Of a stretch of DNA of 64,000 nucleotides, positions 1-18,945 are shown piece after piece (position 1 is the stretch's first letter; each line of letters opens with the position of its first letter). The stretch is from Tubulanus polymorphus (lineage: Eukaryota > Animalia > Nemertea). A model generated the notes under the pieces. That model was given only the letters and a program-made list of their open reading frames with translations, was not told the origin of the DNA and made no database searches. The stretch lies in NCBI RefSeq assembly GCF_964204645.1, contig NC_134036.1, forward strand, positions 1,054,001 through 1,118,000, read 5' to 3'. The position numbers and the translations under genes are program-made.

Positions 1-378
1 CTACTGTACGAGTCTTAGGATAGAACTGTACAGTTCACGGAAACCAACATCGGAGTCAAACTAAATGATAAAGCGACTTAATGAATGGGTATTCCACAAA
101 TCTGTAATTGTAATGGCGATTTTCAGGAAATGTATTTCAGTTCCTCTCTATAGATATTATGTTTTTGTAGATATTAGTTTAGAGTACCCTCCCCGCGGCA
201 GAGACGGAGGTTTATTTCCAATGAAGAAATATTTTTAAATTGATAAAAGACTTAGCATTTATGAATAAATGTAGCGGTATTTGGGCTGGTGTTTTTTGGG
301 GGTTTCACATATATCTGAGTTGAATTTTCTGAGGTCAGCTGAATACAGAACTGGGAGCTGACCGGTGAGGTCACTCAT

Positions 379-508
379 GGACCCAGTTTCACGAAAAAGT
401 TAAAGCCTATAACAGTTTTAAGTTTGAATTGTCCTCGTTGAAAACATGAAGTAACCAATAGAAATAACATCAAAAATTTGAGTTTACATTTTTTGTGAAA
501 CTGGGCCC
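379..508. mobile_element. Short MITE
   Basis: Inverted termini GGACCCAGTTTCACGAAAAAG / TTTTTTGTGAAACTGGGCCC. Confidence 0.65.
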
Positions 509-2808
509 AGGCAGTATCCACTGAGCCTGCCTATAGGTATGGTTGACGTGGGTGGTGCGAGCAGATTTCCACTCAATGGCATCTCCTTTGCATGTTGGAA
601 GCAATGCTGTTCTGAATATTGTATTTAGTGGTACCCTCCGCATGGGAGAGGCAAAAATTGATTTAAGAAGTTAATATTTTTATTGAGGTGACTGGGAGAC
701 ACTTGTGTAGTTATCATTTCAATGTAGTTGTATTTTGACTGGTGTTTACTGGAGGTCTCACATATAACTGACTTGAATTCATCGATATCAATTTCAAACA
801 TTTAAAGCATTCTCAAATTCCAGTTTAGTCGCCGATTTCAGAAGATGTTTCAAATTCTTTTTAGAAATTTTGCAGTTAACACCTACAAAGGATGATACAG
901 AGATTGCTATAGTTTTATTATTTGCAACCAGATGTCTCTGTGTGTCATTTCTTTTATGTTCGACAAACTGATTGTTGGGAGCTCCCAAAATGGAAGTCAA
1001 ATGAATAGAACAAATCATTTAATGTTAAACAGTTGTCTAGAATTTATAGCGAAAAAATTAGTCCTTTTTTAAGGCGATATTTTCTAAGGGGAATTCATCA
1101 GAATTTGCTAAAACAGTTGTGCTTGTGTCAAACCAAAAATTCATATGAATTTTTAGTCATACTCAAATCTAGAATCTTCTGCTCGTGACACCTACCTCAA
1201 GTCTATTGATTTAGAGAATAATGGTTTGTTTATTGTTGTAGATATTAATCACGTCTTGTTTTACCCTCCTCTCGGGATTGACAAAAATTATTTCATTTTC
1301 GATATGAAGAAAGAAATCTTTGTTACACAAATAGAGTTGAGAATTTTATGAATAAATATAGCTGTATTTTGGCCGGTGTTTTGTGAGCAGTTCACATATA
1401 TCTAACTAGAATTCATTGATATAAATTCGATACATTTGAAGTGATATCAACTTCGGTATGTTTTGATTTCTTCAAAATACTTTGCGATAAACACGTGTTC
1501 AGGATGTTTCAGCGATCGATTCGGTACCGTAATTGATCACCAGATGTCTCCGCGTGTCTTTCCCTAGTAAATATTCATATATTCGTATTTGTGATTATAT
1601 CAAGATAATACGATTGAACCAATATCGACCGATTTCCCCTTTGTATCTTGGAACTGTTTTGATCGAATTCGACAAACATGTGCTTTTAGGTGTCATTACT
1701 ATTCCCATAGAGCGATTACTGAAATTAAGTTGGAATTATTTACGTGTGCGCCGATCTCTGAGACAGCCCGAAAATAAATCCTACTTGCAAAAATGATCTT
1801 TTCGATCTTAAGATAGGGATTGTCCCCATTATTTATTTTATTCAATATAACAGTTGATACCTAGAAATAAATCAGGAGAGTCTATATATGACCACCAGAT
1901 GTCTCTGCCTGTATGACTAAATGAGGATTCAATTCTCCAGTGTGGGCTTATCTTGTTTGTATATTATGAACTCTCCATTTTGCGGAGAGCTCAAAAATTC
2001 AATCATAGAACATGTTTTGAGCTTCAAATTTAGCTGCTCAGAAAAGGGTCTTAAGAATTATTTATAAGCGGAAATAAACGTCTTTTTGAATGGTGTTTTA
2101 TTTTCGAGGTAATCAGTCGTTTCAACGCGAATTCGAACCATTTGTCAGTTGTGAAACACTTCACGAATTGCTACCCGTTTAGAAATGCCTGTCCGGGCCA
2201 TTCCTCGACCCCTCCGGAAACAAATGGAAACTTTTCTATCCCATTGTTCCAAAAATTTATTTAGTACTGTATTCTGTCAACAGGTGGCACTGATTTTCAG
2301 AATTATTTTGACACGAAAAAGCATAGAATTCAAATATGGAAAAAGCCAGCATCATATTTTGTTATGAAAAATCCATTGTTAGAAATATCCCTCAAAATTT
2401 GGTTAGAATTTTTAGTTAGAATTTAGAAAATTTGGTCTGGATTTCTTTTTTGTAGTAATCGTAATAGTTAATGTCTTGGATGATTCGAATCCCTACCGGG
2501 CGGGAGGTCAGGGTCTGGATATTTGGATAAGCTCATGAGCAGCAACTTTTTTTCTTATTCCAAATTTGAGTTATGACTTGCGTCCCAAAGCAGAATTCTC
2601 TTTAGTTCTATTGATTAGTTGACTAGTTGAAATACATTTAAACTTTCTTTCAAATATTCCACAATCGTTAGGTGTAGTAACTGAATTGGTCACCAGGTGG
2701 CAGTTCATCAACAGTATATCGCAAAGCTCAAGGGGGCAAGGTTACGGTAGGTGAATAGGCACCTAGATTGTTTCATACCATCGTGTGAGGTTGAGTTAGA
2801 AAGTGTTA

Positions 2809-3269
2809 AGCCTAGCGCACATCGACAAAGCGACTGGAGACAACTAGTTGCTAGTGAGCGAGTACCCCGCGCACATCGAAAATTTAGTAAAAACCAGCAA
2901 CTGCGTGGCTCATGCCGGTCGCTAGGTCCATAGCGCACACATCGACAGCAACTGAGATGTGGTTTAGCAAATATTCTTGAGGGCATCACAAGTCACGTGA
3001 CAAATAGCTTTGTTTTAGTCAGTTACAACCATGTGTTGTTGATTATGGAGCGCTCACATCGACGGATATGAGAGCAACTGAGTACAACTAGTTGCTCAAA
3101 AGTAGAACATGAGCAACTGGGTGGAACTGGAGATAGACGCTAACCAGTCGTAAGCTCGCTCACATCGACAAATTCGAGCAACTGATTGTATCCAGCCAGT
3201 TGCTCTCATGCGCCGAAAACTGCCTGGCAACTAGTTGTCTCCAATCGCAGTGTCGATGTGCGCTAGGCT
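2809..3269. mobile_element. PIF/Harbinger-like MITE in a DPP9 intron
   Basis: ~43-bp TIR AGCCTAGCGCACATCGAC.../...GTCGATGTGCGCTAGGCT, TTA on both flanks, and internal repeats of GCGC(T)CACATCGAC. Confidence 0.8.
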
Positions 3270-4489
3270 TTAGCGTTCATGATTTGGTTGTCTTATATTC
3301 GGTTAGCTGGTTCTCCTTTGCGGAGCTCAAAAAAAATACGTAAGATTGTACGTAACACAGGTGACGGTGGCTCGTTACGAGAATTCATATATAACATAAT
3401 ATATACTCCAGTTTGACTGGTGTTTCTACACGATAATTATCACGTAAATGTTAAGAATCCTACAGCATCTATTAAACAGTTTTAAAGCGACGAAAAACCG
3501 AGCGAAGTCAAATTTTTACGAAGATTTATCCATTGTTTTGAATATTCCACGATCGACACGTGTAAGACGTGTTGCTAGAATTTGTGTAGTGCCTTAATCG
3601 GTCGCTAGATGGAGCCAACAGGGTTGTAGCTAAATATATCAGAACAGATCTCTCTAGATGAAGGCTGTAAGCGCTGTTTATTTTGCTCCATATGAAGTGT
3701 AATATATACTCCGATTATAGGTCAGACAGGGTCGTAAATTTTATTAGTCTCATACCGTGAAGTGTCTATTAATATAGTTCAAGCAATTAGCCCCTATCAT
3801 AGTATGACATATCTGCCTCCGTCCCTTATTTACTACTATAGAGAGCTTGAAAAATGGTGAGGATAATTTCTGGAATTATTCCGAGATAGAGCAGACTGGT
3901 TATCTTACATCGTTATGATTTATTACGTAAAACCATATTCATCATTATCGGTGTTGTCACGACGATATCAACAATATCTGATCGACGTGTCGTTAGAAGT
4001 GAACCCCCGGGTGAAATTACCGGTCAAATTTAATCGTGTTTTAAACACCTTTTACACGGCACAGCTAAGCGCGGGACCAAGGGAAAGACTTCTTCAGGAA
4101 TGCAAAGAAATGAAAAGGGAATTTTTCACTGTGAAAAATGAAAAACGGAAGGTTTCCACGCAGAGAGCAAGCGCCGAGCCAAATCAGAAGTCGGAAAAAA
4201 ATTTTAGAAATTCCATTGTATTTTCATTCTAGACACCTGAGCGACCTTCATGAGCATAAGCAATTCTGTGCCGTGAACTGCAGTCTTATTAGTTGCGTGT
4301 GGAGAAAGCGCCCTGAAATCAACTGCCTTCATATTTTCAAATGTGCACGGCAGAATATATTGCGAGGGCAGGACCGCACGTGCTCCTAGTGCTCCTTTTC
4401 GAAACCGCCCCTAACAGCTGCAGAGCATTGCTTACCTAGAAATCATTCAGTACGTGTAGTCGTTGATAGATGGCGCTGTATATTTTCAG

Positions 4490-9991
<5,502 letters not shown>

Positions 9992-11299
9992 ACTGTGTTC
10001 CTTCCACGCTATACTACAGGGGGCAGCACGGTATATTCAGTAGTTTAGACGCTAATGCTCATTATGAGATATTTACAGAGACATCTTTTAGACTGTGTTC
10101 CACACCGCGTCGCGGTTCCAGGCCTAACTTAGAATTGCTATTCATCCAGTTCTGAGTCACCTACAGAATCTTAGAAATAATTTTTTTGTGAAAGAATCTT
10201 ATGTGAAATATCTTATGCGAAAAAATCTTATTAGGTTCTGAAATCTTAATTGGTTAAAAAGTATATATTTAGGGTTTGTTGAAATGGTTCCAACTCGAAT
10301 GAAATGGTTCTAAAACAAGTTTTGTGCTAATGCAAGTATTGATAGAATTTGTTGCACGGTAAAATTTTCTGTTCAATTTCTTCGTATATTTTTTCCTGAA
10401 CTTTTGAACAGAACGAAAAGATTCTATTCGTTCTTTTCTATGACTTAAGATGATATTTAAGAATGATATGTGCTTTAAATTGTTGTAAATTTCTAAATAG
10501 TGATTTTATTTACAAAATATCGGATTAAATGTAAATAAAAAAGTGGAAAGTGATGAAAAATGTTTTCGTTGTTGCTATTTTATTATGGATATGGATGATT
10601 TTTGGAGGAGTTTGTGGTCTTTTCGCCAGAAATACACAATAATATTTCCTCAAAATAGCGAGAATTGTTGGACAAGGACGTGCTGCCATCTGTTGGCCTT
10701 TCATGTAACTAATCACTTCAGGATTTACCGCCTAAGTTTAATTTTGTACATTTGATCCTTATTTTTAATTACAGTTCAAGCGATTTCAATCATGGACTTC
10801 ATTTATTTTCAAATATCATTTTGGCAAACAGGAGAAAAGAGGGAAGAAGGCCCCAGAATACTGTTGATCTGAAATATATACATTGATTCGGCGAGGAGGA
10901 CATTGACCGAAGTGGACCATACGGGTATAAAGTGACCTCTGACCCACTGGTCAGACTCGTGTGGGGTGGACTTTGATATTGAACCATGACCGTCAACCAA
11001 ACGGAAATTCTCAGCACTTTTGCTGAGTCCCTCGGCCTCTTAGAATAATTCAACTGGAAAAAAAAATTCAAGAGAATTTTGCTATTCGAATATCAGAAAG
11101 GGACTTAGGGGCTAAGTGCGGTGTAGTATAATGCAAGTCCATTCATTTCCGTGTCATATTTTATCTTAGTTGGATCAACACAGGACCAGGTCCAAACCCT
11201 ATCGAGTGAAAAGCGGGATTCGAACCGTCACGATGCAGAGATGCGGCACTGGGGGAGACTGACGGGGAAATTTACTATACATCCCACGCGTTCGCTGTT

Positions 11300-11422
11300 C
11301 ACGTGTTCATCGCCCAGCTAACGGGTCGACCAATCACCGGCTTCGCAGCGTGTCCATTCATGCCGGCTGTCAAATCAACGCGCGTCCTAGCAACCACGTG
11401 ACAGTATGTACCGGGTATAAAT
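11300..11422 (+). promoter_or_regulatory. Putative PSAT1 core promoter
   Basis: CACGTG E-boxes at 11300 and 11395, CCAAT at ~11330 and TATAAAT at 11416, about 120 bp upstream of the ATG. Two more CACGTG sites lie in intron 1 (~11857, ~11896). Confidence 0.55.
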
Positions 11423-11540
11423 ACGACTGTAAACAGTACATGGTTGTCTAAACTTGTTTGATCACCGATCTGGCTCACATTATAGCAGTATCGCTGTAAA
11501 CGCTTCACTTGTCAAAAAACAGCTGTTTCTCAAAGCGAAA

Positions 11541-14500
11541 ATGGAAACTCAACGTGTTATCAACTTCAGCGCCGGGCCTTCAAAACTACCAGAACCGGTG
11601 AGTAACAAGTTATAAAGATACGGTTGTGATTTGGCGGATGTTATTTTTCGATAATTCTGCCTCCTAATATTTTTTTGAAATCGTATAAAACCAGTCTTTT
11701 GGGGCATCCTGATATCCAATCTACGGGTGGGTATGATTTCCAATGGGTTGATTTGATTGGGTTTGATTCTTGCCGTAATAACTAAAATTTAACCTCGGCG
11801 AAAATTTCTTCCTAATTATCGACCTTCCTGGAGCGGGACTAGCCGGGAAATAGGGTCACGTGGTTTGTTTCCCAACAAAAAACCGTAAACACAAGCACGT
11901 GCGACCAGAGGGAAATAAAAGTCTCATTTTGTTCTGTCCTATTTTGAAGGTTTTGCAACAAGCCCAAAAGGAACTGTTGAACTATAAGGGAATCGGAATC
12001 AGTGTAATGGGTAAGTAATTCAACCAAGATGAAATTCAGCTGAGAATATAGAAAAAGGCTCAATAAACATATTTATTTTAGTTAAGAAATGTTGATTGAT
12101 GATGAAATGTTGTTTTGTTTTTGACAGAGATGAGCCATCGATCGGCCGAATTTGGTAAAATCCTCGCTGATACTGAACGAAGTCTACGAAATATTATGTG
12201 AGTAGAAAATCTTTCATTTTAAGCCACGGGTTGGAAATGATATTTCTGCACCCAGAATCATGAGTTAAAACATTGAAAATGATGGAATCTTATTCGGTTA
12301 AATCAGAACTATGGAACTGGATCGCGAAATTAAAGATTTCGTGGCTGTTATCAAATATGATTTCATGGGCCGAAGAATTTCATAATCAATTTTGAAACGA
12401 TCTACTTACCTAGACGCGCGGTACGGACTGGAGATCAAATTTCACTGATTGATGTCTAAGGAGGTCCTACTCTAGCGTTTATTGTTCGCTTATAAAAAAA
12501 ACCGAACTGACGAGATACAAAGTTCAATTCGTATCATTTCTTTCGATATTTCAAATAATAATTAATGAGGTCAAACCGATCTTCAATGTCATGGTTGTTT
12601 TTGTGTTTTATTGAGATATATCATTTGAACCGGTTTAGGGGTTATCTACTATTCCATTATTTTCAACATTTCAAAGTCCTTCACTTTGGAGTAGGTGGTA
12701 TAAGCACCTAGATCAACATGAAAGATATAAATCTAACATTCTATTTATAGTTTTAATTTTCTATTCTTAAGTCTTTTGACCGCAAGGGTTTTTAAACGCT
12801 ACCGATCTCGAGAATAGTTGCTCGAATAACCAATTTTGAATATTTGTTTCGTTAAAATGTTTGAAAATATATTTCGCGTGTTGTGTTGTAGGGATATTCC
12901 TGATAATTACAAGGTACTGTTCCTGCAAGGCGGAGGTAGCGGTCAGTTCGCCGCGATTCCGATGAATCTGATGAATCTACGTCCCGGTCGCCGTGCCGAC
13001 TACATCGTCACGGGAACCTGGTCGGCGAAGGCGGCTGTCGAGGCCGAGAAATTCGGAAAAGTTCACCACGTCTTGCCGAAAACGAAATCTTACAAAAGTA
13101 AGTCAATATTTCACCATTTAAGATATAGATGGCGCTAACTTGACATAGATGGCGCTAACTTCATAAAAATCCTATTATGCAGCGAAGATTTTAGATATAC
13201 GTTTATTTTATTGTGTTAGACTAAATGTATGGAGAAAAAAAATGAATAATTTTGATGATGTCATAGGGTGATAGGTTCTAAGGTCCTAATTGAACCAGTG
13301 GAAAAATACCAGTAACTGGTAGTAGTTCGGTATAGCGCCTGATTATTGATTGATCTCGAATTGAAGTGTCGTTGATTGATAAAACTCTTGAACAGTTTAA
13401 ACAACCCGATACCTGAAACCCGATACCCGGCAAGTATTCGATCAAAGTCCTATCGTTTAACGCGACATTATCTTATTACAAGCTGAAACAGGGGAAATTA
13501 TTCAATTTTACTTCCTTCGAATTTGGACCCAATGAAAAAAATCGTTTTTAGTTACATCTCTGTACTTATCGGAGTCAGAAAAAGCTTTCTTCGAAAATTG
13601 TTAAGTTATTATTCAACTATATGACCTGTATTTAATTGATTATCTCATCATTATTATTATTATTATCATTATTATATATTATTAACTGTTATTAATTCAA
13701 CTTATTTTTAACAACAATTCTTTCATGAGTTTTTTATCATAAAAAATATTCACTTCGAAAAAACTTCTTAATCGTCAAACGGTTTCATTTCTTCAAACTA
13801 AAAGGTTTTTAAAATATTTTTCTAAACAAGTTTTAAGCCGGCTTTTTGAGATTCATAATGATATCTCCCTGAGTGGGTATTCGGACACCAATCACACGCT
13901 GTTACTGGTAATTCTAACCCACTCCTCTCTCTCTCTCTGTTACAGGTATCCCAGACGAGTCAATGTGGGATCTAAGTTCCGATGCTTCGTTCGTTTATTT
14001 CTGTTCGAATGAAACTGTGAACGGTATCGAATTCCAGGATATTCCCGACATTCCTGAAGATATTCCGCTAGTATGCGACGCGTCGTCCAACTTCCTGTCC
14101 CGTCGTGTCGACGTTTCCAAGGTAACCGACCGATTCAATTGTCAACGACGACATTTGAATTAAAATAAGATCTGGGATATTTTTAAAAAATCGTGAAATT
14201 AATTTCTAAAATTTGTTCGTCTCTCGTAGTTCGGAGTCATTTTCGCCGGAGCGCAGAAGAACGTTGGTTGCGCTGGTGTTACCGTGGTGATAATCAGAGA
14301 GGATTTGATCGGCCACGCCGTACGCGAGTGTCCGTCTGTATTAGACTTTCAGAAACAGGCGGCAGCCGGCTCGATGTATAACACCCCTCCGACTTTCAGG
14401 TAAGATTGTGATTGAATATTCGTTTCAGCTTCAGTAGATTGAAAAATGCATGTTTTTTTGGGAATTGATTTTGGCAATTGCTGAAGAAAGATTCTTTTCT

Positions 14501-15478
14501 TTAAAAAAAGAAGAAAACTGAAGCTGCTGGTCGAAAGTTGGTTACAGTTAACCAGTGGATAGGTTGACATAGTGACAATTAAAAGTTCATTGTTAATATG
14601 GTATTTATCCACCGGTCATCTTTAACCAACTTTGCGCAACTGCAGCCCCTGCTGAGGTTTAACTTTCAAAAGCTCACAACTTTGGAACTGGATCCAGCAA
14701 CTTTCATAAAAATTGATGCCGATATTGATGTTGTTTTGTTGTATTTCAGTATTTATATGATGGGGTTGGTTTTAGAATGGATTAAATCCCAGGGCGGAAT
14801 CGACGTAATCGAACAGAGAAATATCGCGAAATCTCAAGCACTTTTCGATATTATCGATAATTCGAACGGATTTTACAAGTAAGTCGAACTCCTTCCGATA
14901 AACCCTATAACACACCGTGTAGTTGTTGAGAGTCCGAAACTCAGTCCGCGTTCTGACACTCCTTGTTTTAGTTCTGGTATCCTGCCGAAGCACCGCAGTC
15001 GTATGAACGTCGTGTTCCGTATCGGTAGCGTAGACGGAGTCGAAGAGCTGGAGAAACAGTTCGTAGATCAGGCCGGCAAGATGGGCTTGAAATCGCTGAA
15101 AGGCCACAGGTTAGTTCGTACACTTGTCACCAGGGGGTGTTGTTTAGTGAAAATTATAGACTTTGCATGGTACATAAATAAAGAATAAAGAAATGGTAGA
15201 CATAATTAGGGGTGGAATTGAAGACAAACAAAGTCACATTTAAGATTCTCATAGTTTCATAGTCATGCATCTCGTTCTATGCTAGTTATTAATAAAGTGG
15301 GAGGGGGGTGAGGGAGTATGAAATTTTTGACGGTTGAATTTGAATTTTGAATTCGATTGTTTTCTACAGATCGGTCGGCGGTATCCGAGCGTCGATATAT
15401 AACGCGATCACGATGGAAGAAGTCGCTCATCTCGTCGATTTCATGCAGGATTTCATGGAACGACATCAAGCGTTATAG
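11541..15478 (+). CDS. PSAT1: Phosphoserine aminotransferase, complete. Exons: 11541-11597, 11950-12010, 12128-12197, 12892-13097, 13946-14121, 14230-14399, 14750-14878, 14972-15109, 15370-15478
   Basis: Spliced product [17 protein letters not shown]...EMSHRS...[11 protein letters not shown]...GTWSAKA...CSNETVNG...DASSNFLSR...FAGAQKN (PLP Lys)...MYNTPPTF...RSRMNVVF...[17 protein letters not shown]...; all junctions are GT-AG and in phase. Confidence 0.97.
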
Positions 15479-15939
15479 TACGAATCCGTTACGCCACCTA
15501 TTATCACCATTATGAACTATATATATAGACGCGCTCTTGCGGTTTCTCCCGTAGTGAAGACTTTTTTCAGAAAATGAGAGAAATTGTTAAGAATTAATTA
15601 TTATTGTAATGTATGAAATTCAGATATATTTTTATTTGTTGTTGCATTTTGTTGTCCACTCAATATTAGAATTAGATCTCTCTCACAATACTATAAAGTT
15701 CTATCATTTACTAATTGAGTCTAGGATTTAAAACTGCATTGAAAATGAATTGTTTTGCGTCAAACTTGAATGAAGAACTGTAAAAATGGTTTTGAGTTCT
15801 GTGTGTCACTTGTTGATTCGATTTGAAAACGACAGTTAGGTTTTAATAGTTTAACCTATTGGGGCTCCTTAGAAAATGACTGTTATGTTCGCCGATAAAC
15901 TGGGACCAATTCAACTGTTGTAATTGAGATATGAAACTA

Positions 15940-16115
15940 CAGTCAACCCCCGACATACCGCCCACATCGGTGCAGAATGATTTTGGAGGTATAGATAGTG
16001 TGGCAGCATATCGGGTGTGTTTTACTATGTATTTGTATTGAGACATACATTAAGAAAACCTGGTGGTAGGCGGGGGTGGCAGTAAATGGGAGGGCGATAT
16101 ATCGGGGGTTGACTG
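15940..16115. mobile_element. Tc1/mariner (pogo-like) MITE downstream of the PSAT1 stop
   Basis: TA|CAGTCAACCCCCGA...TCGGGGGTTGACTG|TA. Confidence 0.8.
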
Positions 16116-18654
16116 TAGTTCATTTTCAACAGTGCGGTATCTTCACTCGCAACTGTGAAACTGGGTCCAGGGCCCAGAGGTTCTATTAGTATATACACTT
16201 AGTAATTTAAATCATATACATTGTTTAGAGTGGTTGTTATGTTCATTGTACGCGCTTTCATTTAACAAAACAGTTATATTGAAATTACTTTGTTGATACC
16301 TATATGTTATTATATGTTAAAAAAATCTAGGAGACACTAATAGGATATTGATAATTATGTAACAAGGGCTAAGAATATCTAAGAAGTATCCATGCAGGGC
16401 TGGATAAGGGCAAGGGCTAGAATATGGGCTAAGATTGTGTCAGTGCAGGGCTAGATAATTCAATGGTTAGGGCTAAGAGATTATGGGCTTAAACTAAAGG
16501 CTTATGTTGTCAAGTTTTCCGCACTTATTGAAGGAAAGTCGACTTTTAAATCAATTGTATATAAAACTGTATTAAAAACTGTAAATAAGAAGTTCTTGTT
16601 TTTTTATACTAAAGAAAAGATGTGTGAACCGCAAATAAAAGCAAAGCCTATTTTTAGTAGAAAAATAATTATGAAATTTTCTCCGTGTTAGTTTTTCTTT
16701 GGAGACTGTCGCTGTTGACCCAGTTGTCCGAGGGATTAAAGGATTATCTCGATATGGGGATGTTCACAAGTTAACAATTGTGATTGATTTGGTCAGCTAT
16801 ATTCTATAGAATGAGACGGTCGTCTTAGATGTCCCGTGTTAGCGGACATCTAGAGGATTGAAGTGAAGACATGTTCTCGTCGAAATCGAGAAATATGAAA
16901 GAAAATTGGTCTCAAATTCACCAGTAATCAATAGAGGTGAGATCTTCAGTAACGTCTTTCATATTTTTCAGTAACAAACAAAAAGAACTTTGCTAACATC
17001 TTCCACATTTCTGTTCAAACTAATAAAGATAAAGGGGACCCTCAATACCATTCATACTTCTTCAAAGGGGTGTAGGACCCTCGGTATTAACACCTTCCAA
17101 ATCTCTGGCAGATGTTATTCAGTTATCAACGGAGTTAGATCTTCAGTAACATAGTCTATATCTGTACAAGTTAATCAGTTTGAGAGTATAACATCTCCAG
17201 TAACAACACCTTTCATAAACAAATCAAATCTGTATTTCTGCGGGGTCAAAAATAGGTGACAAATTGAAAATCAGTGTAACAGTTGTTTGTGTTAACTGGT
17301 GCTCAGGCATTCATCTCTCTGGAACTGGTCAGATTTCTAACAGGTTTTCGTCACCTGCCGTGTGTGTGTGCGTGTGTCTTTATGAATTGGAACATGTGTC
17401 ACAGGTGTTTGTTGAATTTATGTAGAACATTTTTTAATGGTCATTTAAGACCAGTGACAATCTGTGCAGCGATGTATGGTTAACAAGGCGACTCTGAGAG
17501 ATGCGACAATTGTGGTCCTCCGGCAGGAGAAATGGACCCTGAGAAGGACCTCGATAAAACTCCATTATATCATTACATAAAATTCATAAGACAAGAAAAA
17601 TCAAATCGAACCCCGTTGATACGAGTCCGTTTTTAAAGATGTTACCCGTTTATTGTGGTCAGATTTACAGCATGTCCCAGCTAACAACATTCTTAACATC
17701 AATCCAGATTTGGAAACCGTTTATGACACGACAATTTCGGCACTATGGCCGGTTCCACTGTAATCCATATTTACCCTTGAAATAACTGTCTTATCCTGAA
17801 ACACACGACATACAAACAATTGCAAATTGCTCTATTAAGTCTATCATAATTAATACTAATAAGTTTGCAAATAATTTCATAATTTGAGCTTACAATAGTT
17901 TTCATGGTCCATTCGACTTTTCAGATCTGGAATATGTCTACAATTGAAACTAGGTCTACGTTGGATATTTCTTAGATAGTCAGGATGAATTCTAAGGTCA
18001 TCAGAAATGGAAAAAGGTACGTGATATTTGTCTTTTCAAGTTTATTAATGGCAAACTGGCGTTGAATAGATATTCCTTTTCCAATTGCAAACTTCTAAGT
18101 ATTGTTTACTCTGTAGAGACCAATCTTTTAGATTAACATTCATGGTCGTTTTGACGACTTAAAAATCTCTCAAATTGCGATGAACATGTTTTCGCTATAT
18201 TCCAAATAAGGCGCAAGCTGTTCACGCCAAATATGGGCGAACTTGACAGACGAACAAGACATAAAAAATGTCTCGACAATACGACATGTGCGCGCTCTTC
18301 CCATTTTATTCCAAATAAGCAGTGACGTACCAAATATGGCACATTCGTTGAAACAATTGTTTCTTACAAGAGTTGTCGTGGTAACAGGTTTCAAGGCAGT
18401 AAGAATTTACATATTTGTGTCTTCGGTAGCGAAAAAAATATCATTATCTTTCGAAACCGGCTATTACTTATTTGAAATTTCTGAACCGGTTTTTTACGAT
18501 AGCCTTACAGAAAATATGTAAAATTGGTATTCATGTTTTTTTTTTAAATCGAATATTCCTATCTTATCAAGCCTATATACGTTGCATGTGTCTGGTGGCA
18601 AAAAAATCATGAAACCCCTTACGACATCCATGAACCCTAATATAGCTGATTGCA

Positions 18655-18730
18655 AATCTATACCGGCCTCGAACACGCGACCTATCGCATGCCAGCCGAG
18701 AATGCTAACCACAAGACCAACGAACTGTTC
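18655..18730 (-). mobile_element. Possible tRNA-derived SINE head
   Basis: The minus strand reads TGGTCTTGTGGTTAGC (A-box-like) and GTTCGAGGCC (B-box-like) at tRNA spacing; no complete cloverleaf is evident. Confidence 0.4.
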
Positions 18731-18775
18731 CGACTGGAGGACTTTGTAAGTTTGTCTGGTCAGTGCGGTGACCAT

Positions 18776-18945
18776 TCAGCTCTGGGAATGACCAGTCAGT
18801 TCTAGGAATGACCGTCAGCTCTGAGAATGGCCATGTCAGCTCTGGGAATGGCCAGTCAGCTCTGGGAATGGCCAGTCAGCTCTGAGAATGGCCATGTCAG
18901 CTCTGAGAATGACCAGTCAGCTCCGTGGCGACCAGTCAATTCTGC
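18776..18945. repeat. ~20-bp tandem repeat, ~8 copies
   Basis: Unit TCAGCTCTGGGAATGGCCAG. Confidence 0.85.

Noticed and set aside
1-4489. Short ORFs and possible upstream DPP9 exons
   Set aside because: No DPP9-like peptide was recognised; the region looks like intron with degenerate local duplications and MITEs.
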